Positions 25,836-26,522 of a stretch of 26,522 bases of DNA are shown in pieces (positions within the stretch are counted from its first letter, which is position 1; each line of letters starts with the position of its first letter). The position numbers were made by a program, and so were the translations under genes. The notes under the pieces were generated by a model, which was not told the DNA's origin, made no database searches, and saw only the letters and a list, made by a program, of their open reading frames with translations. This stretch comes from a virus (Duplodnaviria; Caudoviricetes): positions 1 to 26,522 of the IMG/VR virus record IMGVR_UViG_3300020045_008443; one strand, written 5' to 3'.

Positions 25836-26196
25836 AATTGTAAAACGCAAAGCCTCTAAACTTTGCAAGGCCTACCGATGCGCTAACGAAAGCGCAAAAG
25901 GCCAATCCTTATGCCACAAACACCACAAGCGAAGACAGAAGGAGTTAAACCCTATTGGATATTTCTTCAACCTACTCAAGCAGAATGCCAAAAGGAGAGG
26001 TAAAGAGTTCAAACTAGCTCTTTGGGAGTTTAGGCAGTTTTGTTCGGAAACTAACTACTTAGAAGTGAAGGGTAGATCAGGTCGAGCGAAAACAATTGAT
26101 AGGATTGACCCGAACAAAGGGTATGAGATAGGCAATATCCAATTGCTTTCCAACCGTGCGAACGCTGCAAAGCGGTGGGCGGATGTACCGTTTTGA
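25828..26196 (+). CDS. HNH-like endonuclease with N-terminal Cys/His motif
   Basis: C....C..........C..H, AKRRGKEF.L, TIDRIDPNKGY..GNIQ.....N..K. Confidence 0.7.
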   Translation: MFKIVKRKASKLCKAYRCANESAKGQSLCHKHHKRRQKELNPIGYFFNLLKQNAKRRGKEFKLALWEFRQFCSETNYLEVKGRSGRAKTIDRIDPNKGYEIGNIQLLSNRANAAKRWADVPF

Positions 26197-26245
26197 AAAT
26201 AAATTTCATTTTTATTTGAAAATAAGTTTTAAGGTAATATATTTG
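26196..26245 (+). promoter_or_regulatory. Bacteroidota sigma70 promoter with palindromic operator
   Basis: TTTCA-N8-TGAAA overlapping TTG 26216-18, 19-nt spacer, TATATTTG 26238-45. Confidence 0.75.
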
Positions 26246-26268
26246 TTACAACAAAACGTAATAATATT

Positions 26269-26522
26269 ATGAAACTCCAAATCAAATCGACCTTTGGTTC
26301 AGTACTATTCGAGTACGAATGCGAACAAAACACCCTGCTAAAAACATTATTAGAATCTATTAAGTCAGGCGCGGATTTACGCAGCGCGGATTTAGGTGGC
26401 GCGAATTTACGCGGCGCGAATTTACGCAGCGCGAATTTACGCAGCGCGCATTTAGGTGGCGTGGAGTTAGGTGGCGCGGATTTAGGCGGCGTGCATTTGG
26501 GTGGCTGGCAGTTTTATGAAGT
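26269..26522 (+). CDS. Pentapeptide-repeat protein, 3'-partial
   Basis: MKLQIKSTFGSVLFEYE...GADLRSADLGGANLRGANLRSANLRS; about nine 15-bp units 26368-26502; runs off the window. Confidence 0.85.
   Translation, partial: MKLQIKSTFGSVLFEYECEQNTLLKTLLESIKSGADLRSADLGGANLRGANLRSANLRSAHLGGVELGGADLGGVHLGGWQFYE

Noticed and set aside
1715-26196. Alternative genetic code / stop-codon recoding
   Set aside because: Genes are full-length and tightly coupled under the standard code; no suppressor tRNA seen.

Overview
Fragment of a tailed dsDNA phage genome, most likely infecting Bacteroidota. The host inference rests on TTG-N19/20-TAnnTTTG promoters and A-rich, Shine-Dalgarno-free start contexts. Layout: (i) virion module 1-12066 (capsid-like, portal, adaptor, tail, tape-measure-like, and receptor-binding proteins including a DUF1566-type C-terminus); (ii) lysis cassette 12063-12971 (holin-like, M15 peptidase endolysin, membrane protein) with terminators and a candidate origin; (iii) replication module 13413-25630 (HTH, DUF2800 Cas4-like nuclease, DUF2815 SSB, family A DNA polymerase, AEP-VirE primase-helicase, C5 methyltransferase, VRR-NUC, SNF2 helicase), then an HNH-like gene and a partial pentapeptide-repeat gene. 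Most notable: an insert between the SSB and polymerase genes holding five tightly packed structured RNAs that alternate aberrant tRNA mimics (Pro-like, Arg-like with no normal anticodon loop, and a tmRNA/Ala-like minimal domain) with long hairpins, followed by a stand-alone BT4734/VirE_N-type primase-polymerase gene. The first ~1265 bp are inverted and cut genes at the junction(s). All family assignments are from motif recognition, not database searches.
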